The notes under the pieces were generated by a model. The model was not told the DNA's origin. It was given only the letters and a program-made list of their open reading frames with translations, and did no database searches. A program made the translations under genes and the position numbers. A stretch of DNA of 64,000 nucleotides, taken from assembly GCA_044229845.1 (NCBI GenBank), contig JBGASG010000005.1, forward strand, positions 1-64,000, written 5' to 3'. Origin of the DNA: Candidatus Obscuribacteraceae bacterium. Its GTDB lineage: Bacteria; Cyanobacteriota; Vampirovibrionia; Obscuribacterales; Obscuribacteraceae. Positions 20,049-29,404 of the stretch are shown here, piece by piece (positions within the stretch are counted from its first letter, which is position 1; every line of letters begins with the position of its first letter).

Positions 20049-22178
20049 ATGAACACCGATAAGGAAGCTCAAGCAACTCTAAACCCAGGCATACCGCTTG
20101 CCCAACTGAAACTCGATCGTCTAGGCTATGCTCCCTTTGCTAGAAGACTGGCTCATGCGCTTTTGAAAATGACACCACAGGAAGGGCTCGTGATAGCCCT
20201 TTATGGCTCTTGGGGTTCAGGCAAGACTACGGTGTTGAATTTTGTCCAAAAATCACTAGAGGAACTACAAGAGGATCAGAAACTCCCATCTGAGCCAGCG
20301 AAAGCGCTAAGCAAGTCTGGTAAGCAACCGACTAAGGTCGTAATCGTACCCTTCAATCCGTGGTGGTTCTCAGGACGAGAAGATTTGGTTCGCGCATTCT
20401 TTCTCACTGTCTCTGCAGCGCTCGAAGCAGCCAAGTATCCTACACCAATCAGCGAAGCCTTCAAGAAGCTCGGACAGGTCGCTGCCCGGCTACCAATACC
20501 AACTGGACTGGGTCCAACTACACAGGACGTTGCGAAATGGGGTGAAGTAGTTCAACAACTTCTGGGTGATCCCCAAGAGCTAGCGAAGCAGAAAGAGTCC
20601 GTTGGCGAGTTACTGAGGAAACAGGATCAGCGCCTGGTCATAACGATCGACGATATCGATAGGCTTTCCTCGGACGAGATTATCGACCTCTTTCGTGTCG
20701 TTAAGTCGATTGCCGATCTACCAAGAATCACATACCTGCTGTCATTCGATAAAACTGCGGTCGCAGAAATTTTGAAGGGTAAGCTGGGTGTTTCAGGAGA
20801 GGACTATCTAGAAAAAATTGTTCAAGTTCCATTTGAAATGCCAGTACCTGACACCGATTCATTTTCAGCATTTTTTATCGACGAACTCAACAAGGTAATC
20901 GCCGAGCTGCCCGATGACATCGATGCAGAATACTTGCGAGCAATGTATGCGGGTATTCGACACTTTCTTCGAACGCCGCGCAGGCTTTTACGCCTCCTGA
21001 ATATTTTCAACGTGCTTCTGGCTGGACTTAGAGGGGATGTCGACCCGGTCGACCTGCTTGCAATCGAGACGCTAAGACTCTATTGCCCCGACCTTCATCG
21101 AAAGATTGTCCAATTCCCTCATTTATTTACTGAATTTCCAGGTGGAGGTTTTGGCAAGCAGGACAAACAGCAGATCGAAGTTTGGTTAGACCAACTTCCT
21201 GACGAGTCCCAAACTGGAGCCGCGATCATCTTGAGTGAGATGTTTAACCGTCCACCACGCTCAGGGTTTATCCCAAGCTATCAGCAATCAAATGATCCTC
21301 GTCGCATAAGAAACTACGAATCTTTCCCAATTTACTTTCACTTCTCCATTCCAGGTTGGGGTGTTTCTCGCGAAGAGTGCGATGCTATCCTTGATCTGCT
21401 GGATAAGCCTGAAGATTTCCATGGACTGCTCAACAAATTGAAAGATCAAGTGCGACCAGCTGGTGGCACGCGGCTCAATTCGTTTCTTGATGCTGCTTTA
21501 TTGCCAGCTCAAAAGCTAAATACAGACAGATCGCGGGCCATGATTGTTGCTCTTTTTGATTTTGGAGACCAATATCTCGCAGGTGACGACTACGGACGCA
21601 ATCCGCTTGGTATTCCATTTGGCAATGAGATGGGTATATTGCGACTTGTACTGCAGTGTCTGCGCAATTTGCCGGAGAAGGAACGTGCCAACTACCTTTC
21701 GGAAGCAATACCGGCTAGTCGGTCAATCGTTCCACTTGTGCACACCGTATTCAGCTTAGGGACAGATTTTGGAAGACATGGCGGAAAGCGAGAACCACTA
21801 AATCAACTTGTAACGGAATCAGAGCTGGACAAACTTGAGCAGCTCGCGCTCGAGAAAATAATCGCCCGGAGTAAGGATAGAACGCTGGTGCAAGCTTCAG
21901 AGTTGAAGCAGGTTCTACTCGCTTGGAAAGACTGGCAAGGTCACGACGCAGACATCTCGAACTGGATTAAAGACTTGAGCACCGAGTCGGAAACGCTCCT
22001 TCAGTTTCTCGATAATTTCTTCGTTACAACAAGCATCCAAGCTGATTCACTCGAATATTTCGTAAGTCTGGACCACATCATGCCTCAAATGGAAAAACTT
22101 GATTATCAGGCATTAACCCCAAGACAGCGCGAGATTGTAGCGATGTGTCGTATGAGCCACCAGAAAAAACCTCCGTGA
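20049..22178 (+). CDS. KAP family P-loop NTPase
   Basis: YGSWGSGKT Walker A, FNPWWFSG, IDDIDRL Walker B, YLEKIVQVPF and TPRR motifs. Confidence 0.92.
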   Translation: MNTDKEAQATLNPGIPLAQLKLDRLGYAPFARRLAHALLKMTPQEGLVIALYGSWGSGKTTVLNFVQKSLEELQEDQKLPSEPAKALSKSGKQPTKVVIVPFNPWWFSGREDLVRAFFLTVSAALEAAKYPTPISEAFKKLGQVAARLPIPTGLGPTTQDVAKWGEVVQQLLGDPQELAKQKESVGELLRKQDQRLVITIDDIDRLSSDEIIDLFRVVKSIADLPRITYLLSFDKTAVAEILKGKLGVSGEDYLEKIVQVPFEMPVPDTDSFSAFFIDELNKVIAELPDDIDAEYLRAMYAGIRHFLRTPRRLLRLLNIFNVLLAGLRGDVDPVDLLAIETLRLYCPDLHRKIVQFPHLFTEFPGGGFGKQDKQQIEVWLDQLPDESQTGAAIILSEMFNRPPRSGFIPSYQQSNDPRRIRNYESFPIYFHFSIPGWGVSREECDAILDLLDKPEDFHGLLNKLKDQVRPAGGTRLNSFLDAALLPAQKLNTDRSRAMIVALFDFGDQYLAGDDYGRNPLGIPFGNEMGILRLVLQCLRNLPEKERANYLSEAIPASRSIVPLVHTVFSLGTDFGRHGGKREPLNQLVTESELDKLEQLALEKIIARSKDRTLVQASELKQVLLAWKDWQGHDADISNWIKDLSTESETLLQFLDNFFVTTSIQADSLEYFVSLDHIMPQMEKLDYQALTPRQREIVAMCRMSHQKKPP

Positions 22179-22226
22179 CCTGCACCATTTTGTTGTACCA
22201 CGTCAAGCAGAGACTTCTTGCTTCAT
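22176..22226 (-). mobile_element. 51-bp terminal remnant of a second IS3-family element
   Basis: TGACCTGCACCATTTTGTTGTACCA resembles the IRs of the adjacent IS; its TGA serves as the KAP stop codon. Confidence 0.55.
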
Positions 22227-22253
22227 TGACCCGCCCCCATATTTGGTGCCAAC

Positions 22254-23129
22254 CTAAACTTGAGAATTCGGCATTATGTTAGGTTCCTGATTCCTGAAAA
22301 ACCGCATAGCTGCTGCGAATTCAGACGGTGTCTGGAAGTCCAAGGCAGAATGGGGTCTTCTAAAATTATACTCCTCCTTCCAGCTGCTTAGCTTGGCTCG
22401 CGCATCCTCGATCGATTCGAACCAGTGAGTATTGAGACATTCCTCCCGCAGCCGACCGTTGAAGGATTCCACAAACGCATTGTCAGTTGGCTTTCCGGGG
22501 CGTGAGAAATCTAGCTTTACCCCGTGCTCGTAGCACCATTTGTCCAGGGCTTTTGAAACAAACTCGGGACCGTTGTCGCAACGAATCATTTTCGGGAGAC
22601 CCCGCTCTAGTGAGACGAGATCTAAAACGTTGGCGACGTCGTTTCCGCCGAGCCGGTGCGCAACATGTAGCGCCAGGCATTCTCTGCTGCATAAATCGAT
22701 CACAGGAAGCAAGCGGATCTTCCTTCCGTTGAATAATTCGTCTGAGACAAAATCCATTCCCCATACTTCGTTGAGACTGCTCACTACTTCATGCGGCTGT
22801 CGGTGAATCGCGGCAACGTGTCGCTTCGGGCGTTTAAAACGCAGCGACAGCGCCTGTTGCTTGTACAGACGGTAGACTCGCTTGTGGTTAATCTCCCAGC
22901 CCTCCCTCTGCAGCATCACATGGATTCTGCGATAGCCAAACCGAACGCGAGCTATGGCAATTTCCTTGATGCGGATTTGAAGCGTGATTTGGTCGTCTTT
23001 GACGCTCTCATACCTGTTTGTCGAACGAGCGAACTGAATAACGCGGCAGGCTCGTCGTTCGCTAACTCCATAATCCAATTTCAAATCGTCTACCAGCTTA
23101 CGACAGCGAGAGGGCGTCAGAGCTTTTTT
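22254..23129 (-). CDS. IS3 transposase OrfB (DDE), expressed by -1 frameshift
   Basis: WGMDFV, IRCDNGPEF and VESFNGRLREE motifs; AAAAAAG slippery site at 23123-23129. Confidence 0.92.
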   Translation of the reverse strand, partial: KKALTPSRCRKLVDDLKLDYGVSERRACRVIQFARSTNRYESVKDDQITLQIRIKEIAIARVRFGYRRIHVMLQREGWEINHKRVYRLYKQQALSLRFKRPKRHVAAIHRQPHEVVSSLNEVWGMDFVSDELFNGRKIRLLPVIDLCSRECLALHVAHRLGGNDVANVLDLVSLERGLPKMIRCDNGPEFVSKALDKWCYEHGVKLDFSRPGKPTDNAFVESFNGRLREECLNTHWFESIEDARAKLSSWKEEYNFRRPHSALDFQTPSEFAAAMRFFRNQEPNIMPNSQV

Positions 23130-23383
23130 GTTAGCACGTCTTGCAGCATTGCCCTGTCTAGAGTTAACTCTGCTACCAGCTGCTTTAACTTCTTGTTTTC
23201 CTCTTCGAGAACGCGCAGCTTTTGAAGTTCTGATGGGGCGAGCCCGCCGTACTTTTTCCTCCAACTGTAAAACGTCTGCTCGGAGACGCCCATTTTGCGA
23301 CAGATCTCGGCGACTGGGAGACCGAGTTCATGTTGTTTGAGAGCGCCGGCGATTTGTGAATCGGTGAAGCGTGATCTTGTCAC
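23117..23383 (-). CDS. IS3 transposase OrfA
   Basis: SRFTDSQI...CRKMGVSEQTFYSWRKKYGG HTH plus leucine zipper. Confidence 0.92.
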   Translation of the reverse strand: MTRSRFTDSQIAGALKQHELGLPVAEICRKMGVSEQTFYSWRKKYGGLAPSELQKLRVLEEENKKLKQLVAELTLDRAMLQDVLTKKL

Positions 23384-23462
23384 GGCAAAACTCCTTTCTA
23401 GCTGGGTCTGTTTTGCCGAACTTTTCTATTTTAGAATGGATCAAGTTTTTGGGGTCAGGTCA

Positions 23463-23612
23463 CGATATATCCAAGATCATACTGCATGGAGGTGACCAAC
23501 CTGATGCCTTGGTCGACCTTTTTCACTCCAACCGCTTGGCCTGCGAGGCATTGGGAGAAATTGGCTTTGGTGGCGACGGTCAAATTGAATGCACAGGTCA
23601 AAGCGATTGTCC
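23463..23612 (-). pseudogene. Degenerate IS481-family transposase C-terminal fragment
   Basis: Minus-strand translation NFSQCLAGQAVGVKKVDQGIRLVTSMQYDLGYI matches the IS481 C-terminal pattern AGQ.VGIKEVDDGIWLVSFM.YDLGY. Confidence 0.65.
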
Positions 23613-23696
23613 GCGATAATGCTCGGCCGGATTAAGTGCAAGACGAACCCGGCCAAATTCGGTGCGAGTATGCACTCGAGCAACCCGGCAATTACA

Positions 23697-25565
23697 TCAC
23701 TTGGGATAGGTATCACCCAGAGCAACTTCTGCAGCTAAACTTGGATCTAGTGATACAGCCTTTTTGAAATCCCTAAGAGCTTTCTCTTCCTGCTTTGTTC
23801 TCTTAAATGCTAGTCCACGCTGAACGTAAGCCTTTGCGGCATCTTCCTTCAGAGCGATAGCTAGAGTGCAGTCCTCAATAGCTTTTTGCCACATTCCGAT
23901 CTTGTTGAAAGCGCGACCCCTCATCCAATACGGCCATGCGTCTTTTGGAAAGCGGCGAATCGCTCGAGTGTAGTATGTAATCTCTGCGTACTTCCTTTCC
24001 GTCGATAGCGCCTTTGCAAAAGCATCGATGCCTTTTTCGTGGTTGCCTGAGTACATGCAGCACTCGCCGACCGAAAAGTAGGCGCTAGTCGCATCAGCGG
24101 GGGACAAAGCTGCAGCCTTTGAAAACTCTACCATTGCATTAGCGTACTGGTTAGCTTTCATCAAGAGTCTGCCTTGTCCACACAACCCCTCGGCGCCCCA
24201 TTTGCCTTTGGGATCAAGAACAATTGCCTTTTGATAGTCTTGCTTCGCATTCACAGTTTGATTCAGAGAAGCGTAGGTGTTACCTCTCATAACATAGGTC
24301 CGGGCGTCATTAGGTGCTAGGCGAATTGACTCGTTAAAGTCCTTAAGTGCGTTGGCGTGTTGGCCAACGAGGTCGAATTGGCGCGCTCGGGAATAGTACA
24401 GCCACGGATCTCGCGGCGAAAGGTTTATAGCTGCTTTTAGATCCGTGAATCCAGATTCTATTTCCTTGTGCAAAACTTTTGCCATACCTCTCAAGGCTAG
24501 AGCCTTGGTGTCTTTTGGATCAATGTTCAAGGCCTCGGTAAAATCGGCGATGGATTCGTCGTGTTTGCCTAACATCTCCAGGCATTTCCCTCGTTCTATA
24601 AACGAAGACTTGTCTGACAGGCGAGCAAGTTTGATAGCAGAGCTAAAGTCAGTGATAGCTTTCTCAATCTCCAACCGATCAGACAAAAGCAAGCCCCTCT
24701 GCGAATAGGGCCAGGGGTCTTCCGGCGATAATTTGATCGCCATTGAATAGTCTTCGAGCGCTTTGTCAATTTGTCCCGCATCGACAAAGGTATCCGCACG
24801 CGATGAATACAATTCACCATTGTCAGGAAATTTGGAAATGGCGTCATTCCAGTCTGCAATCGCCTTATCAAATAACTTGAGCCTAGAGTAGAGTGTTGCC
24901 CTTGAGGTGTAGTTATCTACATCAGTTGGATCCAGCTCAATCGCTCGTGAGAAGTCCGACAGTGCTTGCTTATAGTCGCCAGATTCCTGATAGACAGCTC
25001 CTCGTAATCCGTAGCGGAACGACTGGGGCGGACTTGCAGCGATCTGTTGCGAATATAAATTGATAGCGGTTACCAAGTCAGACGTGGCTGCTGGCTTATC
25101 TCCGACTCTCTTATATAGCTTGGCTCGGGCATAATAGTTGAAACCGTAATTTGGTTCGAGTTTTATTGCGATGGTTAAATCTTGAATAGCGCCAGTGTAA
25201 TCTGAGAGCGTTCTCTTGAGCTTCGCGCGGTCCTCGTAGAATCGAGCAACGTCCGGCGATAAAGTGATTACCAAGTCAAAGTCTGCAAGCGCTAACTTGA
25301 GTTGACCGGTTCGCACTCGGAGTCTAGCCCTTCCAGCCAGCGCAAGTGTGCACTGCGGGTGCTGCTTAAGTGCTTCTTCATACATGTTGCTTGCAGCATC
25401 TAGATTTCCTGCTTCTTGTAGCTTGTCTCCCTCAACTGCTTTTATACTCGCATCCATCGTGGCGCGTAGCTGCGCAAATTGCTCCTCGTCCGTAGCTGCT
25501 CTGCCAGCGTCTGAAACAAGACTCAGCAGGAAAATCATCAACACCGATGTGATTGCCTTTCGCAT
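23697..25565 (-). CDS. Secreted multi-TPR protein
   Basis: Signal peptide followed by about 15 TPR repeats (A...RG......A..DF..AI.L.P). Confidence 0.9.
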   Translation of the reverse strand: MRKAITSVLMIFLLSLVSDAGRAATDEEQFAQLRATMDASIKAVEGDKLQEAGNLDAASNMYEEALKQHPQCTLALAGRARLRVRTGQLKLALADFDLVITLSPDVARFYEDRAKLKRTLSDYTGAIQDLTIAIKLEPNYGFNYYARAKLYKRVGDKPAATSDLVTAINLYSQQIAASPPQSFRYGLRGAVYQESGDYKQALSDFSRAIELDPTDVDNYTSRATLYSRLKLFDKAIADWNDAISKFPDNGELYSSRADTFVDAGQIDKALEDYSMAIKLSPEDPWPYSQRGLLLSDRLEIEKAITDFSSAIKLARLSDKSSFIERGKCLEMLGKHDESIADFTEALNIDPKDTKALALRGMAKVLHKEIESGFTDLKAAINLSPRDPWLYYSRARQFDLVGQHANALKDFNESIRLAPNDARTYVMRGNTYASLNQTVNAKQDYQKAIVLDPKGKWGAEGLCGQGRLLMKANQYANAMVEFSKAAALSPADATSAYFSVGECCMYSGNHEKGIDAFAKALSTERKYAEITYYTRAIRRFPKDAWPYWMRGRAFNKIGMWQKAIEDCTLAIALKEDAAKAYVQRGLAFKRTKQEEKALRDFKKAVSLDPSLAAEVALGDTYPK

Positions 25566-25745
25566 CAAAACTCCTCGCGAAGAAGTTCCATTATTGTATA
25601 TGCGATCCAGCAGTACCTGCGTCAGATGTGCTACAGGCGACGATCATAGCCAGGACGCGCGGTGTTTGTATGTTGTCATGAATGCGAAGGGGAGTCATCG
25701 GCGAATATCACAGTGAGCTGTTCGCGCGTGTGCGGCGGCGCAGAT

Positions 25746-25770
25746 GCCGTTTCTTTCGGGATGCAAAGCG
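25746..25770. repeat. Intergenic 25-bp motif, copy 1
   Basis: GCCGTTTCTTTCGGGATGCAAAGCG, 23/25 identical to 59260-59284. Confidence 0.6.
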
Positions 25771-25882
25771 TCCGTCGTCTGAATCTCTGCTTCGGCAGCG
25801 CTTGAATCATCCCCACCAAAGCTGAATTGGAGTAAGCTTTACCTTGATCGATTAGCCATGGCTCCCGGAGGTGCGACGTTCC

Positions 25883-26116
25883 ATGACCGAGAAGATGGTA
25901 AAAGAAGCGATTGCCAACAAGAAGATGAAGTGCCCGGAGTGCGGTCAGCCGATCCAGAAGTGGGAGAAGTTTTCTGAAACGGTCGACCGGTTGCGCGATG
26001 GTTTCAATATCACTGAGATTGATTCGTACTCGACCAGGGTCACGCTCACGTGCGGCAACGGTGAGTGCCCATATCGCGAGCGCACCGAATACTGGAAGAA
26101 TCTCATCGAAGATTAG
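25883..26116 (+). CDS. Small zinc-ribbon protein
   Basis: CPECG...CGNGEC; RBS GGAGG. Confidence 0.75.
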   Translation: MTEKMVKEAIANKKMKCPECGQPIQKWEKFSETVDRLRDGFNITEIDSYSTRVTLTCGNGECPYRERTEYWKNLIED

Positions 26117-26505
26117 GCCGTGTGAGTCGCAATCCCTGCGTCGCCAGCGTGTCCGACTGGGGCATTTCCTGCATCACCCGCATGACCGACTGGAGCATTT
26201 CCTGCGTCACCGGCATGACCGACCGGTGCGTTTCCCGCATCGCCAGCATGGCCGACCGGTGCGTTTCCGGCACCACCGGCATGACCGACGTCATCACTCG
26301 TTTCGTCCAGATCCAAACCTGGCAAGTCTGCTAACTGTGTCGTTAACGGTTTGGGTTTCAACAGATTTGAGTTGGTCGGATCCGCGAGATCGGTGCTGGC
26401 GGCAATAGTACTGCCTGTGGTGGCAGTTTCGTCCAAAGCCGGTACATCAATTGTTTCTTGCGGGATTGCAGCCGGCGGTGGCTGGTCTGCTACTTCAAGC
26501 GTCAT
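26113..26505 (-). CDS. Acidic low-complexity protein with C-terminal (VGHAGDAGNAP)n repeats
   Basis: Repeat variation is almost all at synonymous positions of this frame, supporting translation. Confidence 0.7.
   Translation of the reverse strand: MTLEVADQPPPAAIPQETIDVPALDETATTGSTIAASTDLADPTNSNLLKPKPLTTQLADLPGLDLDETSDDVGHAGGAGNAPVGHAGDAGNAPVGHAGDAGNAPVGHAGDAGNAPVGHAGDAGIATHTA
26135..26289 (-). repeat. 33-bp tandem repeat (about 5 units)
   Basis: Units such as CCTGCATCACCCGCATGACCGACTGGAGCATTT with no spacers. Confidence 0.9.
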
Positions 26506-26628
26506 GGTAAATCGCTCAGGTAAGGGCCGACGGACTCACCTCAGAGAGGCGGCGCGCGCTGGGCTAGAAGGTATATTGCAGGCAACAGGCCATGGGCAGT
26601 TTTCGGTGTCAAATACCCGTTTGCCGCG

Positions 26629-26928
26629 GTGCCAGCAGATGCTCGCATTAACAGGTTTATCAAAGTGATCGTGAACGGGCTGGAGCAAGAAAATTCCAAG
26701 GCGTTCGTCGTTGCAGACGGAGTCACCATTGAGTTTACTAAGCACGTGGGGTTGTACACGAATTTGCAAGGCTTCACGTTGCCCTGGAATCAGGTAGCAG
26801 CGCTCGAGAAACTCGGCGACCAGGCCGTGCTTACTCTAAAGGACGGTCAAATTGTGTCCCTTCCTTATCGGATATTCGAACGAAATGAGAATGTGCCTGA
26901 GGGACTGCGCGCCAAGGCTGGGGCATGA
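26629..26928 (+). CDS. Hypothetical protein
   Basis: 99-aa globular ORF, PH-like beta pattern (LPWNQVAALE). Confidence 0.55.
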   Translation: MPADARINRFIKVIVNGLEQENSKAFVVADGVTIEFTKHVGLYTNLQGFTLPWNQVAALEKLGDQAVLTLKDGQIVSLPYRIFERNENVPEGLRAKAGA

Positions 26929-27040
26929 CTCGCGGTGCGCTTCCCACGACGCGACGACTGGAGGGTTGGGATTTGAAGCGGATCAAAGAAATCTCGTCTC
27001 GCGCGAATCCGGGCGGCTCTGGTGAACATAAATATCACTT

Positions 27041-28141
27041 TTACTTGTTCACGCTTTTGATATTCATTTGATCCTTGCTCTGGTTGCAGCGCCAACCACC
27101 TTGCGTGTCAATGAAACAGGTGTACCCCGCGTCATGATCCACCATCTCTATGCGTCCTCGATAACCGGATGGGGCATAGCCGGGATAGTCGATGCACACG
27201 GTGTATTTGCAGAGAACTTCATAGACCTGTGTGCCCATTTTGCCGCCAGGTCCGTCCGGGCTCCCGGTGTGATACGCACCGGGGATAGGCATGCGATAAG
27301 GGCGCTGCTTTACAAGCTGGAAACTGTCGAAGTGAACGGTGGAAGGTGTGTGATCAGTATCAAGCGCACCGCCATTTCTCACATATCTGGCGATGATAGT
27401 CCTCTTGATGTTGTCTTCTACAGAATTGCCGTTAGCTTGAGTTTGCGCTGGACACGCGCAGTTCCCTTTGTCTGCGGTGCCGCCAATCACAGAGGTTGTC
27501 GCAGGTTGAGCCGCTTGTGGAGCAGTGGTGCCCCCAACTGCAGCCGCGGGTGTCATCGTGGGCGCGGGCGTTGTCGTGGGCGTTGCCGCGGCAGGGTTCA
27601 CCGCATTTGGTGACCGAATATCCTTGCGTGCCACCAGAAAGATGCCTCCGGGGCGCCCGTCTGGTCCTGCAGGACACTCCACTCTAACGAAGTCATACAA
27701 TGGATTGTTCTCTAGGATCTTGCCGGTTCGCACGTCGCGTTCACTTCCCGTAGGCAGGCAAACGACACTTTGAGCCACCGCAAGTCCACCGTGCTGTTGC
27801 TGGGGGTCTGCAGCAGCCGCCTTCTGTTGCGCCTCGACGTCGCCTGCCTTGTGAACATCTTTTCTATCCACAAGGAAAATTCCACCGGGATTACCGTTCT
27901 TTGCCGGACCACACTGAACTCGGATATAGGAGTAGTTCGGATTGTTTTCCATAACAACGCCTTCTCGCCAGTCAGATTCGCTTCCTGTGGGCTTGCAGAT
28001 GATTGTTTCTCCGGCGCCCTGTGCCAGCCCAGCTGCTGTAATTGTCATTACAACACCGGCGGACACAATGGCGGTAATCGCAATTTGTACGAGATGCCGA
28101 GTCGATAGTCTTCGTGGGGTTCTTGAAAGCATGGCTGTCAT
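27041..28141 (-). CDS. Secreted protein with duplicated SH3-like domain and Thr/Pro linker
   Basis: C.PTGSE.D.R.G...ENNP.Y..(I/V)RV.C...G.PGGIFLV.RKD twice; signal peptide. Confidence 0.75.
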   Translation of the reverse strand: MTAMLSRTPRRLSTRHLVQIAITAIVSAGVVMTITAAGLAQGAGETIICKPTGSESDWREGVVMENNPNYSYIRVQCGPAKNGNPGGIFLVDRKDVHKAGDVEAQQKAAAADPQQQHGGLAVAQSVVCLPTGSERDVRTGKILENNPLYDFVRVECPAGPDGRPGGIFLVARKDIRSPNAVNPAAATPTTTPAPTMTPAAAVGGTTAPQAAQPATTSVIGGTADKGNCACPAQTQANGNSVEDNIKRTIIARYVRNGGALDTDHTPSTVHFDSFQLVKQRPYRMPIPGAYHTGSPDGPGGKMGTQVYEVLCKYTVCIDYPGYAPSGYRGRIEMVDHDAGYTCFIDTQGGWRCNQSKDQMNIKSVNK

Positions 28142-28153
28142 CAGTAGGGGAAA

Positions 28154-29251
28154 CTAAATTGTATCAATGTCCGCCATTCGAGCCGCGTTGAGAGCATCCA
28201 GGCGCTTCTTCGCATCTTCGTCGCCGGTCAATTCGTGCAGCCAATGATAGCATTCAGCCGCGAACACGTAACTTGCTTCCTTTTCCCCCTTCTCGCCCAA
28301 CATCTTCAGAATTGGTATCCACTTAGGATTGATAGGCATCATGGATAAACCCTTAGCTGCAAGAGCGCTCTTGCAGCGCTCATAGTCCCCCATCATCGCC
28401 TTCACATCTTCGATTGTGGATCCGCCGCACGCAACGATGTATGACAGTTCGTTCTGAGCCATGTCGCCCTCCTTCCAATAGAGACTCGCGACATAACACG
28501 CGATTGCAGGCTCCCAGTCCTCCTTGTGCGTGAAGTACCAGCCAAGATTGCGCATTTGGTGCGCGATGTCCTCCCGTCTGTAGAAGGATGGACCGCTTTC
28601 TTCCATGACTTTCCAGAGCTCGTCCATCTGCTCGCGGATTTTGAAGACTTCGCAGCGCTCGAACTTTAGATCGGCACTCATCGGGCAGCGCACCAATCCT
28701 TTCTCGGTGATTCGCAAGACCTTGTCGTAGTCCTTGTTTTCGAATGCGACGTAGGCGGCGAGTTTGTAGGATTGGCAAAATGGAATCGGCGCCGGTTTTA
28801 TTTCTTTGGATGCCTGGTCCGTGATTCGGTAATAGGCTTCATCGATGGAACTCTCGAAGTCGAGATATACAGTCAGTTCGTCCTCTCGGAAGAGTACCTC
28901 AGGAAACCCTTCATCCAATTCTCTTTCCTGGAGAAACTTAGTTGCTTCCGCAATCTTGCGCTCTTGAATTAGTCGGCTCGCTTCAGCCAGCTCAGATTGC
29001 ATCCTCTCCATGTCCTGACTCATCGCTGCGGAAAACGCTTGCATAGCCTCGTCGGGCATGTTGCGCGCAATCAGTCTTCCGACATGTCGCAGAATTTCCA
29101 GGTTTTGCGGATGCTTCTTGTATTTGTCACCGCAGCCGTGCAGGTATTTCACATTGCGCTCGCGATCTTCGGTGAGACCCTTGTTGATCTCATCGATGAT
29201 CTCTTGCACCGTGGGCTCGGGTTTCTTCTTGCCAAATAGATTGCCGAACAT
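28154..29251 (-). CDS. TPR-like helical protein
   Basis: MRNLGWYF....DWEPAIACY..SL repeat-like helices. Confidence 0.7.
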   Translation of the reverse strand: MFGNLFGKKKPEPTVQEIIDEINKGLTEDRERNVKYLHGCGDKYKKHPQNLEILRHVGRLIARNMPDEAMQAFSAAMSQDMERMQSELAEASRLIQERKIAEATKFLQERELDEGFPEVLFREDELTVYLDFESSIDEAYYRITDQASKEIKPAPIPFCQSYKLAAYVAFENKDYDKVLRITEKGLVRCPMSADLKFERCEVFKIREQMDELWKVMEESGPSFYRREDIAHQMRNLGWYFTHKEDWEPAIACYVASLYWKEGDMAQNELSYIVACGGSTIEDVKAMMGDYERCKSALAAKGLSMMPINPKWIPILKMLGEKGEKEASYVFAAECYHWLHELTGDEDAKKRLDALNAARMADIDTI

Positions 29252-29404
29252 TTGATTCTCGCCTCAGCTTACGTCTTATTTGTCTTAATGTTTCAATGCT
29301 ACGATTTTAAACCCTTGTCAAGCAAATCAAGCAAGCCGCAACTGTGCAACGGTCGCGCTCGGAGAAGCGGAAGATTTGGAACCGGTTCAGCAGAAGTAAC
29401 TAAA

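Larger units (their letters stand above)
22227..23462 (-). mobile_element. IS3-family insertion sequence (IS407-like), apparently intact
   Basis: IRs TGACCCGCCCCCATATTTGGTGCCA / TGACCTGACCCCAAAAACTTGATCCA, TG..CA ends, orfA/orfB with A6G frameshift; no target duplication (CAT vs CGA). Confidence 0.92.

Noticed and set aside
25746..25770. GGGATGCAAAGC as part of a c-di-GMP-I (GEMM) riboswitch
   Set aside because: Upstream GGCAAAC and the GAAA-tetraloop hairpin are absent in both copies.
26135..26289. 33-bp repeats as a CRISPR array
   Set aside because: No unique spacers, codon-pattern variation and no cas genes.
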